DNA of 32,000 nucleotides from Candidatus Poseidoniaceae archaeon (lineage in GTDB: Archaea; Thermoplasmatota; Poseidoniia; Poseidoniales; Poseidoniaceae): assembly GCA_943789275.1 (NCBI GenBank), contig CALSTM010000003.1, forward strand, positions 180,001 through 212,000, in the 5' to 3' direction. Shown one piece after another: positions 15,190 to 23,622 of this stretch (its first letter is position 1; every line of letters begins with the position of its first letter). A program made the translations under genes and the position numbers. The notes beneath the pieces are model-generated. The model saw only the letters and a list, made by a program, of their open reading frames with translations. It made no database searches and was not told where the DNA came from.

Positions 15190-15266
15190 GGGCGTGTAGC
15201 ACAGCTGGATAATGCGTTGGCCTCCTAAGCCGAAGATCCCGGGTTCAAATCCTGGCACGTCCGCCA
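15190..15266 (+). tRNA. tRNA-Arg (anticodon CCT), CCA encoded
   Basis: Hand-folded cloverleaf. The acceptor stem is GGGCGTG/CACGTCC (one G-U pair). The anticodon stem is TTGGC/GCCGA with loop CTCCTAA. The T arm is CCGGG-TTCAAAT-CCTGG. The discriminator G is followed by a genomically encoded CCA. Confidence 0.9.
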
Positions 15267-15282
15267 AACTGAACTTTGAACA

Positions 15283-16662
15283 TCAATAGGTGATATGAAC
15301 CAGTTTGTTGACTCGGTCAGACCCACTCATGATGGCATAGAAATCGTTACCACCGTTTGTTGAAGAGGAGGTGACGTATTGCACACCATCGATGATTCCG
15401 ATTTGCACAACGCTCTGGGACGCTACATCATACGAAACAAACACTTCGACACCCGCCTGCGAATCGTATGCATATCCATAGATGAGGCCATCGACGAGGT
15501 TTATCTCAAATCCACCTGCATTGGATAGGTCTTCATTTGTCGATTGCAACACTGTGGATGTTGTCATTGAATAATCGAGCGTATTGATTTTGACCATCGA
15601 ATAACCACCTCCGCTGTTTCGTACATCGAGATAGTAATGTGCGCCGTCGTATGCAGAAGTACCGGAACCCACCCCTTCGATATCTTCGATCTGGGTATGC
15701 TTGGTTACCACTGCATCAATTGGGTTGATTGAAACAACATAGATATCAGGGTATGTGATTGTATTTTGTTGCCCTTGTCCTTGCCCTTGACTTCCGCTGT
15801 TTGTATCGTCAGAAGCATAAGCATAGATGATTTCATCCTCATGATTGTATTCCATGCCCCCGACATTATCCAATTCTGGGTGAGCGGAGAAATCAAACTG
15901 CGTCATTGTGTATTGACTCGGGTCTGATACCGTGACATGCACCAGGTAGTCGTTGTTGTTCCCGCGCATGTTGGCAAAATATTCCCCATCGGAATAGGTC
16001 GTCACAGAGGCGACCGTCTCTATCCCTGCCAATTCAATTAATGAGGTCACTAAGCCATTGGAAGGGTCAATGGAGATGAAGTGTTCCACATTTGTAACGC
16101 TGTCCCACGCATAGCCGTAGAGAAGATTTGTCGAACAATCGATTTCAATACCCCCGATGTTTGTGAAATCTGGGTTTGCACTGATGTCAAAAGCAATCAT
16201 TGTTGAACTGTACGTTCCATCACCCGTTCCGCATTCTGTGGTTCCAGTTCCACTCCCGTCTCCTGGGTCTGTGTCGCCGTTGTCACCTGGTTCTGTGCCG
16301 CCGTTGTCTCCAGAGCCTGAACCACCGTTGTCTTCGGGGGCTGTGCCGCCGTTGTCTTCAGGGTCGGTCACATTTCCTCCGTTTCCAGAGTTGCCGTCAT
16401 CTGTGTCTGAGCCATCATCGGTGTTATCGTTACCGTTGCCGGTCCCGTTCACTGGCTCTCCGTTGCTGCCATCATCCGTATTTCCATTGCCCGTTCCTGT
16501 ATCGGTTCCTGAACCGCCGTTTGAGCCGTTGATGACTTCATCCGTATCGTCAATTGCCGGGTCCTCTTCGGGAACGGGTTCAACGACGATTGGGTCTTCA
16601 ATACACCCTGCTAAAGATGCTGAAAGCATGAGGAAAACAAGTAGGGCGGTGGGACGAATCAT
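15283..16662 (-). CDS. Secreted/lipobox protein with a Gly/Asn/Asp/Thr-rich acidic linker and three ~100-aa repeats
   Basis: The signal peptide ends in LAGC (lipobox-like). A ~110-aa low-complexity acidic linker follows. Three repeats then share N(I/V/A)GG(I/M/F)E...(L/I)IY(G/A)YA..D and ...LVH(V/I)T. Confidence 0.7.
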   Translation of the reverse strand: MIRPTALLVFLMLSASLAGCIEDPIVVEPVPEEDPAIDDTDEVINGSNGGSGTDTGTGNGNTDDGSNGEPVNGTGNGNDNTDDGSDTDDGNSGNGGNVTDPEDNGGTAPEDNGGSGSGDNGGTEPGDNGDTDPGDGSGTGTTECGTGDGTYSSTMIAFDISANPDFTNIGGIEIDCSTNLLYGYAWDSVTNVEHFISIDPSNGLVTSLIELAGIETVASVTTYSDGEYFANMRGNNNDYLVHVTVSDPSQYTMTQFDFSAHPELDNVGGMEYNHEDEIIYAYASDDTNSGSQGQGQGQQNTITYPDIYVVSINPIDAVVTKHTQIEDIEGVGSGTSAYDGAHYYLDVRNSGGGYSMVKINTLDYSMTTSTVLQSTNEDLSNAGGFEINLVDGLIYGYAYDSQAGVEVFVSYDVASQSVVQIGIIDGVQYVTSSSTNGGNDFYAIMSGSDRVNKLVHITY

Positions 16663-16821
16663 ATTCTTCGGACGGACTACTACACTAATACTCTTCTAAA
16701 AATAAAACCCTATGCGGTAGAATTTACTTCGTTTATCAACTGTACACCACCACCTTCTCGCTCGAGCAAAAGAGCGTAAAGGCCCCAAAAACTGATATAT
16801 CCAAGGTTTTGATTGCTCTTT

Positions 16822-17307
16822 ATGCAGCAACTAAGCGAAGACGGTAAGTGGAAGTGGGACGGATCAGAATGGGTGCCGAATGAAGGTGCTGATGAAACAC
16901 CATCATCTGCAGTAGCGGATATTCCAGTAGCGGCGGCTCCAATAGCCTCGCAAGAGCCCGTACAGGCAACGACTCCAATGGCCCAAAGTTCAACCCATAA
17001 CGGGGGAGTCTGGGCAATACAAACTGCAGAATACGGGCTGTTTTTCACGAAACTCATCGGCTTCATTCTGACAGGAATCACCCTTGGCTTTGGCCTCCCT
17101 TGGGCAAAATGCATGGTCATCAACAAGTGGTCGAAAAAAGTCCGAATTGATGGGCGAAGCATCCGCTTTACCGGTACTCCAATGGGATTATTTGGAATAT
17201 GGGTGAAGGTTTGTGTGCTGAGTATCATAACGCTAACGCTGTATTATTGGTTCGCTGGTTACAAGCAGGTAGCAAAGTACGTTGACAGCCACATCACTTG
17301 GGCTTGA
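16822..17307 (+). CDS. Hypothetical membrane protein, DUF898 (YjgN)-like C-terminal region
   Basis: The N-terminal part carries DGKWKWDGSEWVP, a short W-x-W-D-G-x-x-W motif. The C-terminal part reads LTGITLGFGLPWAKCMVINKWSKKVRIDGRSIRFTGTPMGLFGIWVKVCVLSIITLTLYYWF, which resembles YjgN-type repeats. The family assignment is from memory only. Confidence 0.5.
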   Translation: MQQLSEDGKWKWDGSEWVPNEGADETPSSAVADIPVAAAPIASQEPVQATTPMAQSSTHNGGVWAIQTAEYGLFFTKLIGFILTGITLGFGLPWAKCMVINKWSKKVRIDGRSIRFTGTPMGLFGIWVKVCVLSIITLTLYYWFAGYKQVAKYVDSHITWA

Positions 17308-17417
17308 AACCAAATCTATCTTTCCTTGCCATTCCAGGAGCTGGAAGTTTTGTTAAAACCACAGTGATTTTGTTGTGGCAAAGGCAAGAGACATATTCGA
17401 CGGCCGCGCGTCGCAGC

Positions 17418-18956
17418 ATGAGCGCTATGGCTGCAAAGGGAAGTAAGTCAACCGAATCGGATGCTTTTATTCCGCTCCCGGACCCTTACGGTGAGGGTTT
17501 TGAGTACTCTGAAGACCCGATTGAAAACACTCGTAATCAATGGAGTGTTCTGGAGAACCGCCGGCTTAAAGCTGGCCGAGTTGCACGTCATCCGATTTTG
17601 ATGCTTTGGAGAACCATGAGCGGTTTTTCTTTGGCGGTTTTTGCGTTTGCCAGCCTACTTTATGCTCCAGTCATCGAGTCCCTTAACGGTTTGATTTTCA
17701 TTCTTATCCCGCTGATGTTGATGGCTGTAGCACCGACTGTAGTTGCCGGTGAATCGGCGTGGCAAGCAATGCAAGCAAGAATTTCCCTGCGTGAACAAGG
17801 TGGCGTTCGTAAGGGCAAAAAGCACGCTTTACGGGCTCAACCTGGTATGGACCGTATTCTGGAAAGTCTCAACGACCAACGCCGAAATAACTTGGTACTG
17901 GCCCTTCTTTCGTCGTTAACCGTCGTCCTGTTGATGCTTGCATCGGCTGTGACTTCGAATTCTCTGGCATGGAACTTGGCTCTTCTCATAGCAATGACGC
18001 TTGGCATCGCCCAAACGTTTCACGGTTTCTTTTCATACGGTTTCATCCGCCAACTCGGAGACCCTTTTCCATCCATTGTTTTTCACGCACCTACACACCA
18101 TCCAACCCAATTAGGCAGTGTGTTGGGGGATTTATTGGTGGCTCATTTAGACCCAGACCTGTATTTGGAATGGGAGGAATGGCAGAAAATGTTCCGCAAG
18201 GCAATGATTCCCGGTCATATCACAAAGCAAGCCTTGGAGCGATTGCTCTACATTTTGCACCTTCATATGGAAGAGGAATTAACCACTCAGGTGGCTTATG
18301 AAGAACTCAAGTCTTTTCTTTCGGAAGACCGATTTGAAAAGCTCTTACTCGATGAAGCAGCCAGATTTAATTGGCGGACAATCCAGCGGCTTATCGCCCA
18401 TTCCAGGGGTTGGCAGCCTGAAGCCTTCTTGTTGCTCGATCGTCTTCAAAACGATTTGCTCTCAGGGGCGCCTCCACTCCTTCGTGCTGAATGGCGTATG
18501 GATGTGGCTTTGGACGACAATTGCTATGAAGGGTCAGGAAATTTATTCATCGCTTTGAACAACCAAACGTTCGAATCCCGGGCGGTTCGCGTTGAGGTTT
18601 TGACTCCGAACGGGGAGCCTGAAACCAGAGACCATAGATTCGAGTTAAGTGCCTGCCCGCCTCCAAAAAGTTCAGTTTTGCTCTCACATCCGGTTGAGGA
18701 CGACGCTCTGGATTGGATACCCCGCTACTTGGAGCGAGGCGTTGTTCTGTGGATTGGTGTTGCTTGGCCTCGAAGTTTCCAAGGACCGGTAGACGTACAG
18801 GTCATTCTTCGTGATGACGAGGGGATTGTTCTGGAATCGCAAGTCATTCGAACGATTGTTCGCCGGTCCGCTGGGCGCCAAATCAACAAGAGAATGCACA
18901 AACTTGAAGACGCTCGGAAACAAGGCGACCTTCCACTCCCAAAGGTTGTACTTTGA
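17418..18956 (+). CDS. Hypothetical multi-pass membrane protein with a ~300-aa C-terminal soluble region
   Basis: The ORF track starts at TTG 17298, overlapping the previous gene; the first ATG is at 17418. Two TM hairpins are followed by a helical region and an Ig-like-looking C terminus (VRVEVLTPNGEPETRDHRFEL...VDVQVILRDDEGIVLESQVI). Confidence 0.6.
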   Translation: MSAMAAKGSKSTESDAFIPLPDPYGEGFEYSEDPIENTRNQWSVLENRRLKAGRVARHPILMLWRTMSGFSLAVFAFASLLYAPVIESLNGLIFILIPLMLMAVAPTVVAGESAWQAMQARISLREQGGVRKGKKHALRAQPGMDRILESLNDQRRNNLVLALLSSLTVVLLMLASAVTSNSLAWNLALLIAMTLGIAQTFHGFFSYGFIRQLGDPFPSIVFHAPTHHPTQLGSVLGDLLVAHLDPDLYLEWEEWQKMFRKAMIPGHITKQALERLLYILHLHMEEELTTQVAYEELKSFLSEDRFEKLLLDEAARFNWRTIQRLIAHSRGWQPEAFLLLDRLQNDLLSGAPPLLRAEWRMDVALDDNCYEGSGNLFIALNNQTFESRAVRVEVLTPNGEPETRDHRFELSACPPPKSSVLLSHPVEDDALDWIPRYLERGVVLWIGVAWPRSFQGPVDVQVILRDDEGIVLESQVIRTIVRRSAGRQINKRMHKLEDARKQGDLPLPKVVL

Positions 18957-19027
18957 ACAATGAACGTCACTTTCATGTTCAGTTCTTACCTTAGCTTGGC
19001 ATTGAGATTGCAGGTCGGGGAAGCGCG

Positions 19028-20698
19028 GTGCTTATGGATGGGGGGCACTTGGGTTTGTTTACCGGATGTGGAACCTTGGAAGCATGGGATGTCATCGTAT
19101 TAGGCGACGGGCCTGCAGCCCTCCGTTCTGCAGCAGAATCGGCAAAGACAGGAGCCTCAACATTGTTGCTCTGTGACAATGCTCTGGGCAGTTCTTCACA
19201 TTTTGCTCAAGATGGTCTTGCTGCGCCTCTTCTAGAATCGAATAATCGCGACCATCGTGAAGACACAATTCGCTCGGGGGCATTCCTCAACGACCAAGAT
19301 ATCGTTTCCCTGCGTACCGCTGCTGCTACACGGCAAGTGGATTTGCTCGAACGCTGGGGTCTCACTTTCCGTCGTGATGCTCAAGGCCTCCCAATGGCTC
19401 GAAAGGCGCTCGGTCACGGAAAGGCACGCAATGCTGATGCAGGCGATGCTACGGGTCGTGAAATCCAACAAATTCTGGAAGAGCAATGCATGAGACACGG
19501 CGTCACTCGCCGCGGCGATCACCTCCCTCTTTCCTTGATTCATACCAATGAATCCGTGAGTGGCCTCACCGTACTTGATACGGTGAATGGACGCATTTCG
19601 GCATTGCAAGCCAAAGCAATCATCATTGCAGATGGAGGATTCGAAGGAGCGTTCACCCACGGCCAAGTCGGTTTGGGGTTGGACCTTGCTCTGCGCGCCG
19701 GTGTACCGTTGCGGGATATGGAGTTCATTGCTCATTCACCGCTTGGAATCAAAGATACCAACCTCATGCTGCCGCTCGGTCTCTTGCATGACGGCGCAAC
19801 GCTCCATGAAGCCAGTGGCGCGGACATCGAGTTTGGAGACTCATCGCTTGATGAAGTGTGCCAAATGATTTCAAATGCAAAACAACCGGTTCTTGACGCT
19901 CGAAACCTAGGAGACTCATCGGGATGGTGGAATGCCGTTTTCCGTAGCGTTAAGCAACGAACAGGAGTCGACATGTCCCGTCAAACGGTCGCTATTGAAT
20001 CCCGTCCATATGCTACCATTGGCGGCATAACCGTCGACGACCACGGCCGAGCCATTCTTTCGACTTGGTCACGGTGGTTCACTGGGTTATACGCAGCAGG
20101 TGACGCATCTTGCTCTGGATTCCATGGAGCAGACATTTTGCCAGGAAATCGTATGCTGGATGCGGTCATTGGTGGAGCTGCTGCCGGCGCCCACGCAGGA
20201 CAGTGGGTCAAGAACCGACAATTTGCGAATGCTCAGGCTGCACACGATGCAGAACAAGCCGCTCAAGCAGATTATTCGGCGATTTCAGAACCTTCCGACG
20301 AAGGCGTTGTGCGTGTTGGACATGCGGTGACAAAAGTTCGAGATGCTGTGCAGTCCTCACTGGGCATGAATCGAGATGCTGACGGCCTCACCTCTCTCAT
20401 TGAAACATTGGAAGCGGCCTCGCTCCTCGCAGAATCAATCCACGTCGACCAGTCTTCGTTGATTGCGAACATGAATCTCGTCGAGATTGCTCGGGTTCAG
20501 GCTTCTGCTCGACTTTCACTTGCTGCTGCTCAATCTGCACTTGCTCGAAAAGAATCTCGTGGCAGCCACCACCGTTCTGATTTCTCCGAATCCAGCGAAG
20601 ACCATCTTCACCACTATACTGTGAACCAAAAGGGAGAAGTGAACACACTCGCTCTCCGTAAGAGTAAATCCGGTAACTGGATTCTTCCTCCGCAATGA
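19028..20698 (+). CDS. FAD-dependent oxidoreductase of the succinate dehydrogenase / fumarate reductase flavoprotein / L-aspartate oxidase family
   Basis: Contains the N-terminal dinucleotide-binding DVIVLGDGPAALRSA, the motifs IIIADGGFEG and GLYAAGDASCSGFHGA, and the C-terminal ARKESRGSHHRSDF. Confidence 0.8.
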   Translation: MLMDGGHLGLFTGCGTLEAWDVIVLGDGPAALRSAAESAKTGASTLLLCDNALGSSSHFAQDGLAAPLLESNNRDHREDTIRSGAFLNDQDIVSLRTAAATRQVDLLERWGLTFRRDAQGLPMARKALGHGKARNADAGDATGREIQQILEEQCMRHGVTRRGDHLPLSLIHTNESVSGLTVLDTVNGRISALQAKAIIIADGGFEGAFTHGQVGLGLDLALRAGVPLRDMEFIAHSPLGIKDTNLMLPLGLLHDGATLHEASGADIEFGDSSLDEVCQMISNAKQPVLDARNLGDSSGWWNAVFRSVKQRTGVDMSRQTVAIESRPYATIGGITVDDHGRAILSTWSRWFTGLYAAGDASCSGFHGADILPGNRMLDAVIGGAAAGAHAGQWVKNRQFANAQAAHDAEQAAQADYSAISEPSDEGVVRVGHAVTKVRDAVQSSLGMNRDADGLTSLIETLEAASLLAESIHVDQSSLIANMNLVEIARVQASARLSLAAAQSALARKESRGSHHRSDFSESSEDHLHHYTVNQKGEVNTLALRKSKSGNWILPPQ

Positions 20699-20756
20699 GC
20701 CATAATCTCGGCTCGACCGGTGAATCACTGAAAAGGTAAAACCTCGCGGCAAGGTC

Positions 20757-21197
20757 ATGGGCGTGCCGACTTTGTTCGACCGAATCATCAGCGGCGAGGT
20801 GCCTTCACATCGAGTTGCTGAAGGTGAGCATTGGTATGCGTTCCTCGATATTTTCCCTCGATGCCAAGGCCACACGCTTGTGGTTCCAAAGCAGAGCGTC
20901 CAACATATCTCATCGCTTTCACAGGCATCAAGAAGCGCTATGTTTGAAGGGGTCGTCGAGGTACAGCGTCGCCTAAGCCTCTATTTTTCAACCTCCGATT
21001 TCACCGTCTGCGTTCACGATGGACCTCTCGCAGGTCAAGAGGTGCCTCATGTCCACGTCCATGTTTTACCACGGCAACCGGGTGATGGCGGCTTAACCCT
21101 CCATTCAATGTGGCCACATTCGCCTCCAATCGGTGGCGAAATCGACCACAGTTCACTTGCCCTTCTCTCGGAGCAACTGCGCGAGGTGGACCAATGA
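20757..21197 (+). CDS. HIT-family nucleotide hydrolase/transferase (HinT-like)
   Basis: Contains LFDRIISGEVPSHRV, AFLDIFPRCQGHTLVVPK and the histidine triad VPHVHVHVLPR. Confidence 0.9.
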   Translation: MGVPTLFDRIISGEVPSHRVAEGEHWYAFLDIFPRCQGHTLVVPKQSVQHISSLSQASRSAMFEGVVEVQRRLSLYFSTSDFTVCVHDGPLAGQEVPHVHVHVLPRQPGDGGLTLHSMWPHSPPIGGEIDHSSLALLSEQLREVDQ

Positions 21198-22816
21198 GTC
21201 AACCAATCAATGATGGAGCGACCGACCACCGAGGCGATAAATTGCCCGAATTGTCCAAATCGGCGAAAAATATGCGGATGGATAAGTTACTGTCTGCTCC
21301 AATGCCAAAGTTCGACGGAAATACCCCCGGTTCACCCTTCTGGTCTGGCGTTGCGTATTGGATTGCTCGCCGTATATTAGCCGCCCAATTTAGGACAAGT
21401 GAGGTTTCAGGAAAAGAGACACTTCCTTTGGACCGAGGGAATCTCTGCTGTGCTTGGCACACAAATGGACTCATGGATCCGTTGCAAATCGTACTCAAGC
21501 ACCCCAAGAATTTCGTCATGGGTGGGCGGCATGACCTGGTTACGCGTCCTTTGTTGAGTTGGTGGACTCGTAAATTGGCGGTGCAACCGGTCGTAAGAAA
21601 GGCCGAATTACTGCGAGGTGGATGCAGTGAAGAAGAGGCGACTCAGATAAATGGGCGTTCTTTGATGATGCTTTCCAAAGGAATTTCCTCAGGCTTTGGT
21701 TGCGTTTTATTTCCAGAAGGAACCAGCCATGACGAGTCTTCTATGTTGCGATTCCGAACAGGTCCTTTCCGTACCGTTTTTGCAGCCGCTGCACTGGCAA
21801 AAGCAAGCAATAAAACCCTTCCTGCCGTCATCCCCATCGGTTTGCATTTTAGAGAGCGGGAAAAGTTCCGCACGGATGTCTGGGTTGAATACGGTTTGCC
21901 ACACAACCTGTCTGAAGGGGAAATACCACTCGATTTAGTTCAGGCAGTATCGCAAGGGAAGTGGGTCGAACCTCCAGCAGAAAATGTCTTTGCGTTGCGC
22001 GATAAACTCCGTACGCGTTTGGTTCCGCTTACTCCGAATACCGCTTCTTGGGAAGAATACGACGCTCTCCATTTGATGGGCCATGTCGAATCTCGGCGCA
22101 CCAACCAACCGCTTATTTCATGGCGAGAAGAAGTACAATCAGCACGCGCCTTACGCACTCTTTTGCAGCATCAACTCACCGAACAAGAAGTCATCGATAA
22201 TACACCGGTGCCGGAGATTGTTCACCCTGCGCTCGGCCCTGCCAAAGCGGTGGCAAGTATTCTCAAAGAAAGCCAATTGGATGGGCGTGACATCAACTCC
22301 ACGGGGACAGACTTGCGCCGAGTGGAGCTGTTTTCACTGGTGAAAAAATTCGTTCGACTCCCCTTATTGCTTACGCTCTTACCTCTTTTCATCTATTCCT
22401 TTACACCACAAATAGCAATGGGCAGAATACTTGGTGATTCAACCGATGAGGGGCTTGATGCTCGAACTTCGTACCATTTCTTGGCGGCCATGTTTGGTTC
22501 GTTGATGTTCTGGCCGTTCATGGCTTTGGGTCTGTTGGGCCTTGAACATTTGAATCATGAAGCAATTGTGTCGCTGCTTGGATTTGACTGGTTAACATTC
22601 ATTGGCACGACCACGCTTCATCAGAACTTAGCTCGAGCAGCGTTTACATTGACCCTCTTTCCCCTTTTCTGGCTTTGCGGCCGAACATCGACTCTGTTGT
22701 GGGATGATTGGTGCGATTTGAAGCGGGCTTTGCGCCGCTTCCGCTTCAACAGTACGAAACGACAAAATCTTCGTGGGGCACTCAAAATCCTCCATTCTGA
22801 GATGGATAAACTGTGA
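21194..22816 (+). CDS. PlsC/LPLAT-type acyltransferase with a C-terminal membrane domain
   Basis: The H-x4-D motif reads CCAWHTNGLMDP and the FPEGT motif reads LFPEGTSHDESS. Several C-terminal TM segments follow. The start ATG overlaps the HIT stop as ATGA (21194-21197); the ORF track's 21110 start lies inside the HIT gene. Confidence 0.8.
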   Translation: MSQPINDGATDHRGDKLPELSKSAKNMRMDKLLSAPMPKFDGNTPGSPFWSGVAYWIARRILAAQFRTSEVSGKETLPLDRGNLCCAWHTNGLMDPLQIVLKHPKNFVMGGRHDLVTRPLLSWWTRKLAVQPVVRKAELLRGGCSEEEATQINGRSLMMLSKGISSGFGCVLFPEGTSHDESSMLRFRTGPFRTVFAAAALAKASNKTLPAVIPIGLHFREREKFRTDVWVEYGLPHNLSEGEIPLDLVQAVSQGKWVEPPAENVFALRDKLRTRLVPLTPNTASWEEYDALHLMGHVESRRTNQPLISWREEVQSARALRTLLQHQLTEQEVIDNTPVPEIVHPALGPAKAVASILKESQLDGRDINSTGTDLRRVELFSLVKKFVRLPLLLTLLPLFIYSFTPQIAMGRILGDSTDEGLDARTSYHFLAAMFGSLMFWPFMALGLLGLEHLNHEAIVSLLGFDWLTFIGTTTLHQNLARAAFTLTLFPLFWLCGRTSTLLWDDWCDLKRALRRFRFNSTKRQNLRGALKILHSEMDKL

Positions 22817-22864
22817 TTCTTTGCAAGGGTTCGGTTCAAACGAGAGGAGTGTCTCGGATTGAGC

Positions 22865-23512
22865 ATGGGGAGTGGGGATGCGCAACTCAATATACGCCAA
22901 TGGCTCAAGCAAGAACGTCTTGTTGCCAAAGAACAAAAAGACCCGAGAGCAGAGATGCATTTGTTGATTCGGTATCCACAAGGCCCACAAGGACACATGT
23001 TCGCAGTCGTCATTCCGAAGGGCCGAGACTTGGTCGCGGTTTCAAGCATGACTCGTGTGGATGAAGGCCAGCAAAAAGAGATGGCATCTCACATGAAAGA
23101 AGACAAAGAAACGTGGCTTGAATGGATTCATGATGTCCGTCTTCAATTGATTCGAACCAGTGTTGATTGGGGGATCCACATGGGCCATGAAGGTGATCAG
23201 AAAACAGGACCACTCCAAGCGTTTAATGTCAGCCTACCCGTCTGGTTTGATGGTCTAACCAAAAATGAATTTATGCACACACTCCGTCGCCTTTGGCTTG
23301 CCAAACTTGGCGTTATCCACGAAATTAAGTTCACACACGGACCAGGCGTAGGAAAACCTGGCCCTGTTGATGATTGGGTGAAAGCAAAGCAAGAAGGCAA
23401 GGCATCACCTGTAACTTCAGACGAAGTTTCTGAGCAGTCTTCACACCATGAAATTGAGTTCGATGAAAAGATGTCCTTTGGCTCCGGTTTCGACCCCTCT
23501 GAATGGGCTTAA
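22865..23512 (+). CDS. Hypothetical cytoplasmic protein, possibly DUF2299/YbjN-like, with an acidic C-terminal tail
   Basis: 215-aa ORF. The N-terminal ~150 aa pattern (IRQWLKQE...HLLIRYP...MFAVVIPKGRDLVAVSS) is reminiscent of the archaeal DUF2299 family. The assignment is weak. Confidence 0.45.
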   Translation: MGSGDAQLNIRQWLKQERLVAKEQKDPRAEMHLLIRYPQGPQGHMFAVVIPKGRDLVAVSSMTRVDEGQQKEMASHMKEDKETWLEWIHDVRLQLIRTSVDWGIHMGHEGDQKTGPLQAFNVSLPVWFDGLTKNEFMHTLRRLWLAKLGVIHEIKFTHGPGVGKPGPVDDWVKAKQEGKASPVTSDEVSEQSSHHEIEFDEKMSFGSGFDPSEWA

Positions 23513-23622
23513 GCGAGCATAATTTGTCTTCGTCCTGCGACGGTAAAATATGACATGTAACAGTCGCGGTTAAGTACCATAAGATTGTGCTTTTTCTTAG
23601 TCTAACCTAAGGATGTGTATTT

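Noticed and set aside
10680-15266. Possible integrated element between or next to the two tRNA genes
   Set aside because: There is no integrase, recombinase or viral-type gene. I found no duplicated tRNA 3' segment that could serve as an att site. The intervening genes include core functions (rpoP, an RFC-like subunit).
16157-16699. 180-aa Pro/Ser-rich + strand ORF
   Set aside because: It is a shadow of the Gly/Asn/Asp/Thr-rich linker of the minus-strand secreted protein (15283-16662). It has no independent start context or signal.
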